From: Deltaproteobacteria bacterium
GTDB taxonomy: Bacteria > Desulfobacterota > Desulfomonilia > UBA1062
NCBI GenBank assembly: GCA_018434685.1
Contig: JAHDOV010000004.1
Location: forward strand, 249,857 to 313,856
Length of the DNA: 64,000 bases
Reading direction: 5' to 3'
Shown: piece after piece, positions 58,788 through 64,000 of the stretch
Position numbering within the stretch: position 1 is the stretch's first letter
Layout: every line of letters starts with the position of its first letter
Translations under genes and position numbers: made by a program
Notes under the pieces: generated by a model
The model's database searches: none
Seen by the model: only the letters and a program-made list of their open reading frames with translations
Told to the model about the DNA's origin: nothing

Positions 58788-60023
58788 TCATTCAGATCGA
58801 GGGGATCCGGTCAGATCATGGGGTTCATAGAGAGGGGATGTCTTCTCATCATAGTCGAAATCCTGTATCAGGTGTGCGATAAATGAAATATCTTGCCTGG
58901 ATAACCCGGGAAACATGGGCAGCGACAGTATTTCACGGCAAACCTTCTCGGTGACGGGATAGGCACTGTACGAGAATTGTCGACCCATGTAGGCCCTTTG
59001 TTTATGGAGCGGGGTGGGGTAGTGCAGCCCCACATCGACATTGTGGGCTGTGAGATACTCCTTTAACTCATCTCTCCTGGCTGTTCGCAGTATATAGAGA
59101 TGATACACGCTCTTACACAATGCTGATTCTGCAGGCGTGATCACCTCCTCGAGCTCTTCGAGGAACTCATTATACCACCGGGCAGCCTGCCGTCTCCTGG
59201 CTATCCAGTCATCGAGGTATCGCAGCTTCACGCTAAGGATTCCTGCCTGTAGAGTGTCCATCCTGCCGTTATACCCCTCGAGTTCATGACAATATTTCTG
59301 TGACTGACCATGATCGCGAAGCATCCTCGCCTTGTGGGCGAGTTCCTCGCTGTTGGTGGTTATCGCCCCTGCCTCGCCACAGGCACCGAGGTTCTTCCCG
59401 GGATAAAAGCTGAAGGCAGCGGCCACTCCCATGGAGCCTGCTGTCTCCCATTGTCGGCTCAGGCTCGAATAGTACTGGGCCCCATGGGCCTGACAGGCAT
59501 CCTCTATGACCTTCAGATTGTATTGACGGGCAAGGTCAGTGATGGGGTCCATATCCGCCATCTGACCATAAAGATGAACCGGGATCACTGCGCTGACAGG
59601 CCTTTGGGTGAGGCGGTGTACGGGCATGAGGGTTGCGGCATCCCACACACAGTGTGTTTCCAGATAGTCCCGGAGTTTTTCAGGATCCATATTGTAGGTC
59701 TGTTCATTGATATCGACAAAGTCCGGAATGGCACCTGCCTGGGAAATGGCTTCTGTAGTGGCAATAAATGTGTTCGGCACGGTGAGGACGATGCTTTCTC
59801 GTTCAATGCCTGAAGCCATCAATGCAAACCGCAGGGCATCTGTTCCACTGCCGACCGCTACGCAGTAATTCACGTTGCAGTACGCAGCAAACTCTCTTTC
59901 AAAATTTTCCACCACCGGTCCGCCCACAAATCTGCCGGACAAAAGGATATCGGTGAACAGTTCCACTAATTCTTCCTTGAGTTCACGATGAGGTGTAGCA
60001 AGATCGAGGAATGGTATTGTCAT
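58788..60023 (-). CDS. DegT/DnrJ/EryC1 sugar aminotransferase
   Basis: SGTDAL, VHLYGQ, EDACQAHG, SFYPGKNLG. Confidence 0.94.
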   Translation of the reverse strand: MTIPFLDLATPHRELKEELVELFTDILLSGRFVGGPVVENFEREFAAYCNVNYCVAVGSGTDALRFALMASGIERESIVLTVPNTFIATTEAISQAGAIPDFVDINEQTYNMDPEKLRDYLETHCVWDAATLMPVHRLTQRPVSAVIPVHLYGQMADMDPITDLARQYNLKVIEDACQAHGAQYYSSLSRQWETAGSMGVAAAFSFYPGKNLGACGEAGAITTNSEELAHKARMLRDHGQSQKYCHELEGYNGRMDTLQAGILSVKLRYLDDWIARRRQAARWYNEFLEELEEVITPAESALCKSVYHLYILRTARRDELKEYLTAHNVDVGLHYPTPLHKQRAYMGRQFSYSAYPVTEKVCREILSLPMFPGLSRQDISFIAHLIQDFDYDEKTSPLYEPHDLTGSPRSE

Positions 60024-60168
60024 GCTCCTCTCCTTTCTGAAAAGTGATTCCTTCCTGATTGCGTTGTTGAAAAAGATAGATTGAACCTGTTTGAAGAGAC
60101 TGCGGTCAAGTCGTCGCTGATGGTCGTATGCGCAGCCTCTTTCCTTTAGCCAGGCTCCGTGCAGCCGG

Positions 60169-60699
60169 TTATTTTTTAGGAAATGCCCTCAATATCCTTG
60201 CCGGATTTCCGGCAACAATAACGCCTGGGGGGACATCTTTCGTTACCACACTGCCCGCGCCGATGATGGCATTTTCATGGATAGTGAGCCCGCAGAGTAT
60301 GGTTGCTCCCGACCCGATACTCGCGCCCTGTTTCACCACCGTGGGGATGCACACCCAGTCCGATTCTGTCTGCAAGGTGCCATCGGGATTTGTGGCACAG
60401 GGGTAGGAATCATTGATGAAGGTGACATTATGGCCGACAAAGACATTGTCCTCGATTATGACGCCCTCACAGATAAAGGTATGACTGGAGATCTTGCAGT
60501 TTTTGCCGATTCGAGAGTTTTTCTGTATCTCGACAAAGGCACCGATCTTCGTGTTTTCGCCGACACTGCAGCCGTACAGGTTGATGAATCTGGATAGTTT
60601 TACATCCTTGCCGAGCAGGACATCCGCAGCTATGCAGACATGGCTGGAATCGTTCAGCATGCAGGTATTGACAGGGATTGATGTTTTGACCGATGACAT
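60169..60699 (-). CDS. Hexapeptide N-acetyltransferase (WbpD/FdtC-like)
   Basis: KISSHTFICEGV, FIND, GAGSVVTKDV..GNPAR. Confidence 0.9.
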   Translation of the reverse strand: MSSVKTSIPVNTCMLNDSSHVCIAADVLLGKDVKLSRFINLYGCSVGENTKIGAFVEIQKNSRIGKNCKISSHTFICEGVIIEDNVFVGHNVTFINDSYPCATNPDGTLQTESDWVCIPTVVKQGASIGSGATILCGLTIHENAIIGAGSVVTKDVPPGVIVAGNPARILRAFPKK

Positions 60700-60720
60700 G
60701 ACAGAACCGGCAGGGGAGTC

Positions 60721-61740
60721 CTATGTCGCCAGCCTCACCGGCCTTCCTTCATTCCGCAGGGATTCCGTGGAGGCCTCCATCATCTTGACCACCCTCAGGC
60801 CGGCGTGCCCGTCATTGATCGGTTTCCTGTCATTGAGGATGCAGTCCACGAAATATTCTGCCTCGACCCTGAGGGCTTCGGTTTCCTGGATCTTGGGAGA
60901 CCAGATATCTCCCGATCTGTAGCTCACGAGGAGGTTGTATATCCCTTCCCTGTTCATGACCTTCACCCCCTTGTCGTAGACCCTGATCTTCTCGTCGGCA
61001 TCCAGGTCGTTCCATACCACCATCTTCTTCTCACCGCCTATGAGGGTGGTACGAACCTTCACCGGGGAGAGCCAGTTCACATTAAAATGAGCGATGATGT
61101 TGTTGTTGAAAAAGACCGTAAGAAAAGCCACATCTTCCAGCGAATTGCCGAAATGCGGTCTGCCGTTGGCTGATATGGCCTCCGGTTTCTCATCGATGAT
61201 ATAATCCATTATGGAGAGGTCATGGGGTGCCAGATCCCATATCACATTCACGTCGTGCTGAAAAAGCCCCAGATTCACCCTCATGGAATCGTAGTAGTAC
61301 AAGTCGCCGAGCAACCCCTCATCGATCAATTCCCTGATCTTTCTCACCGCGCCGGTGAAGAGAAAGGTGTGGTCGACCATAATCTTGAGATTCTTTCTCT
61401 CCGCGAGTTCAATCAGTTCCTCGGCCTGTGCAACACTGGAGGTGAAGGGTTTTTCCACGAAGATGTGTTTCCCGTTCTCCAGGGCCTTCTTTGCCAGTTC
61501 ATAATGGGTAAAAACCGGCGTGACGATGGCAACGGCGTCGATTTCCGGGGAAGAGAGTATTTCATGGAAATCCGTGGTCAAATTGATCGCCGGGTAATTC
61601 TTTTTCGCACATCTGAGGGCATCGCGGTTTATATCACAGACAAAAATGGATGTTATCAGTTCAACCGCACTGAAATTTCTCACGATATTTGGCCCCCAGT
61701 ACCCATAACCCACTACGGCAACAGTAAGAACTTTTTGCAT
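60721..61740 (-). CDS. Gfo/Idh/MocA oxidoreductase
   Basis: GYGYWG, EKP, DLAPHD. Probable start ATG 61740. Confidence 0.92.
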   Translation of the reverse strand: MQKVLTVAVVGYGYWGPNIVRNFSAVELITSIFVCDINRDALRCAKKNYPAINLTTDFHEILSSPEIDAVAIVTPVFTHYELAKKALENGKHIFVEKPFTSSVAQAEELIELAERKNLKIMVDHTFLFTGAVRKIRELIDEGLLGDLYYYDSMRVNLGLFQHDVNVIWDLAPHDLSIMDYIIDEKPEAISANGRPHFGNSLEDVAFLTVFFNNNIIAHFNVNWLSPVKVRTTLIGGEKKMVVWNDLDADEKIRVYDKGVKVMNREGIYNLLVSYRSGDIWSPKIQETEALRVEAEYFVDCILNDRKPINDGHAGLRVVKMMEASTESLRNEGRPVRLAT

Positions 61741-62702
61741 TATGTCCCTCCCGCAAATAATTTTGGTATGGATATGTGCGAGCAAAAAGTCTTGACCTCG
61801 TTTTTGCTACACGCATGAATAAACTTTTTGATCAGTGACTCAAGTGAGGTGCATCGCGTCCAGTCGGTCCTCAACTCTTCGATATCCGATTCAAAGGCCG
61901 GATCCGCAATGCCCGGCTCCAGATCAACGAAGTCGGCCTGGACTTTCTGGTGGGTAATGCCCTCAAACTGGGCAACCACCTGTTCTGTTTTCAAGGGATC
62001 AGTAGTGATGAGATATCTCGGGGAATCAGCTGCCAGGGCCGCTTGTATCACAAGATCCACCACGTCATCGATGTAGAGGATAGTGCAGAGGTGGCCCTTG
62101 TTTACGATGATTCTCTGATTCTCAAAGGCGCCGGCATACAGTCGACTCATCAGGTGGGAAGGGTTTTCCCCGCAGGAAGCCACGGAGCAGAGCCGAAGAT
62201 GTACCACAGGCCTGCCGGCTTCGGAAAAGTATGCATCAAAGAAGTGCTCTGCGGCGAGCTTGGCAATACCGTAAGGGGACAGTGGACGGGGTTCGGTTTC
62301 AGCGGAAACGGGATTCTCATTGAGGTGACTGAACACCTTCAGGGTCGATATGTTTACAAAGCGCTTGACCGGCTTTTTCACGAGCCATTCCCACAAGGGT
62401 ACGAGGCAGTGAATATTGCTGTCGATCTCAAAAAGCAACTGCGCGGTGTATGAAAGGCTGCGATCCACCCTCCAGTGGAAATTGATGACATAGTCCGGTG
62501 CCATGAGCCGGTTCAGGTCTTCAGTGGTGGTAACCACAAGCGGTTCGCTCCTGGCCTTCCACGGGATACGTTTTGGCTTGGGCGGATAACCCGGCAGTAC
62601 CAGGGGCAGTACCGTGGCCCCCAGTTCTTCCAGGCGGAGAACCGTCTCGCAGCCCAATCTGCCGGTAGCGCCGGTTACCAGAAATGTCTTTCCTTCCAGC
62701 AT
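61740..62702 (-). CDS. NAD-dependent epimerase/dehydratase family protein (divergent)
   Basis: TGATGRLG, YGIAK. Confidence 0.8.
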   Translation of the reverse strand: MLEGKTFLVTGATGRLGCETVLRLEELGATVLPLVLPGYPPKPKRIPWKARSEPLVVTTTEDLNRLMAPDYVINFHWRVDRSLSYTAQLLFEIDSNIHCLVPLWEWLVKKPVKRFVNISTLKVFSHLNENPVSAETEPRPLSPYGIAKLAAEHFFDAYFSEAGRPVVHLRLCSVASCGENPSHLMSRLYAGAFENQRIIVNKGHLCTILYIDDVVDLVIQAALAADSPRYLITTDPLKTEQVVAQFEGITHQKVQADFVDLEPGIADPAFESDIEELRTDWTRCTSLESLIKKFIHACSKNEVKTFCSHISIPKLFAGGT

Positions 62703-62705
62703 GGC

Positions 62706-63704
62706 CTATTCCCAGCCCCTGAGGACCTCCTGCGAGAGCAGTTCTTCGGGCGATTTCGGTAACGATTCAAACCATGCAATCGTCCGGCCCATGCCCTCAT
62801 TGATGACTGTTTCCGGGGAAAACCCCAACATCTCTTTAAACTTGGTATTATCTCCGAGATGAAACCGCACATCTCCGGGTCTTGGTGCCTCGCTGCGGAT
62901 AAATACATCCGGTTCAAGATCATAGTACTGACAGATCAGTTCAGCGATGGTTCTGACCGATGTTGCAACCCCGCTGGAAAAATTGATACAGGTTCTCCGG
63001 CAGGCAGGATTCTCGGCAACGGCCAGCACTGCCCGGGCAGCGTCTTCGACATAGATGAAATCACGGGTCTGGCTCCCATCACCAAAGATGACCAGGGGCT
63101 GTCTGTTCATGGCGCGGACAATCATCTTCGGTATCAATTCTCCGCGGGAACCCTGCCAGTGCGAGTTCGGCCCGTACATGTTGAACGGCCGGATCGTTGT
63201 CCACTCGAGCCCGTAGGTCCTGCCGAAGGAGTACACATACATGTCCTGGGCCACCTTGGCCGCGGCATAGGGGGTCTCCGGGTTGAGCGGATGGTCTTCG
63301 TCCATTGGGTTGTACAGGGCGGTTCCATACACTTCCGAAGACGAACAATTCAGGAATAACTCGATGCCGTTGCGTCTCGCCACATCCAGGCAGTTCATGG
63401 TGCCGTGAACGATCACCTCGTTGACCCGGTGCGGATCCCTGATAGACTCACGCAGCCCCAGTACGGCAAGGTGGATGACGATACTGCACCCGGCAAAGGC
63501 CTCTTCAACCTCATCCATGCAGGTAATGTCGCCCTCGATGATGTTCAGCCTGGGATGGGCGGCAACATGCTCTAAATGAAACATCTTTCCGTTCGAGAAA
63601 TCATCGAGCACAACGACATCATGGTCATGTTCCAGCAACAACCTGACGACATGTGAGCCAAGAAAACCCGCTCCTCCGGTCACGACGATCCTTTTGTTTT
63701 TCAT
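62706..63704 (-). CDS. NAD-dependent nucleotide-sugar epimerase/dehydratase
   Basis: TGGAGFLG, SSSEVYG, YAAAK, RPFNMYGP, RDFIYV. Confidence 0.93.
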   Translation of the reverse strand: MKNKRIVVTGGAGFLGSHVVRLLLEHDHDVVVLDDFSNGKMFHLEHVAAHPRLNIIEGDITCMDEVEEAFAGCSIVIHLAVLGLRESIRDPHRVNEVIVHGTMNCLDVARRNGIELFLNCSSSEVYGTALYNPMDEDHPLNPETPYAAAKVAQDMYVYSFGRTYGLEWTTIRPFNMYGPNSHWQGSRGELIPKMIVRAMNRQPLVIFGDGSQTRDFIYVEDAARAVLAVAENPACRRTCINFSSGVATSVRTIAELICQYYDLEPDVFIRSEAPRPGDVRFHLGDNTKFKEMLGFSPETVINEGMGRTIAWFESLPKSPEELLSQEVLRGWE

Positions 63705-63729
63705 TGTCAGTCTATCCCCTTGTGCTCCT

Positions 63730-64000
63730 TCACCGGTGAATCTGCCGCTGGGAGTTGTCCAGGATCTGGGTCACGATGCTGGGGATGGTGAGCAACAGTA
63801 TCTTGGTATCCATCCACAGCGATCTGTGGCTCACATAATTGATATCCATGCGGATCATTTCCGTGAAGGTTGTCCTGTTTTTCCCCTGTATTTGCCACAG
63901 GCCCGTGAGACCGGGATGGGTATACGCGCGCATGGTCTGCCATTGCTGATAATTCTCAACAGAATAGGGAACATCCGGGCGTGGTCCGACAAGGCTCATT
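63730..64000 (-). CDS. Priming sugar transferase (C-terminal part, start outside the window)
   Basis: MSLVGPRP, PGLTGLWQI, DxxY. Confidence 0.92.
   Translation of the reverse strand, partial: MSLVGPRPDVPYSVENYQQWQTMRAYTHPGLTGLWQIQGKNRTTFTEMIRMDINYVSHRSLWMDTKILLLTIPSIVTQILDNSQRQIHR

Overview
Bacterial chromosomal window, most likely from an anaerobic Desulfobacterota/deltaproteobacterium (inferred from gene order, many sigma54 promoters and a selenocysteine formate dehydrogenase). In order: (1) 1-6.3 kb, a signalling cluster with two back-to-back sigma54 promoters sharing a TAGA-N6-TCTA enhancer motif. Leftward lie a stand-alone globin-fold protein, a radical SAM/SPASM homologue that has lost all three CxxxCxxC cysteines, and a receiver protein. 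Rightward lies a PAS protein ending in a Cys/His module, with a convergent PAS histidine kinase. (2) 6.7-19.8 kb, core argBDFGH-lipoprotein-lysA-dapA-dapB-FAH-folK-hybrid kinase-transglycosylase-pgsA. (3) 19.8-22.7 kb, an accessory patch with a decayed HMG-CoA reductase remnant, an intact class I HMG-CoA reductase-like gene with an extra N-terminal domain, and an IS3 remnant. (4) 24-30.8 kb, a sigma54-controlled 4-hydroxybutyrate operon and its PAS activator. (5) 31-39.3 kb, a TonB-dependent receptor/ExbBD/TonB/ABC uptake operon divergent from (6) a Sec-containing fdnGHI-type formate dehydrogenase. (7) 44.7-64 kb, an AT-richer polysaccharide biosynthesis locus. No rRNA, tRNA or CRISPR array was seen. 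The best candidate for an undescribed system is the sigma54-driven globin / pseudo-radical-SAM / receiver module. All family calls come from motif recognition by eye, not from database searches.
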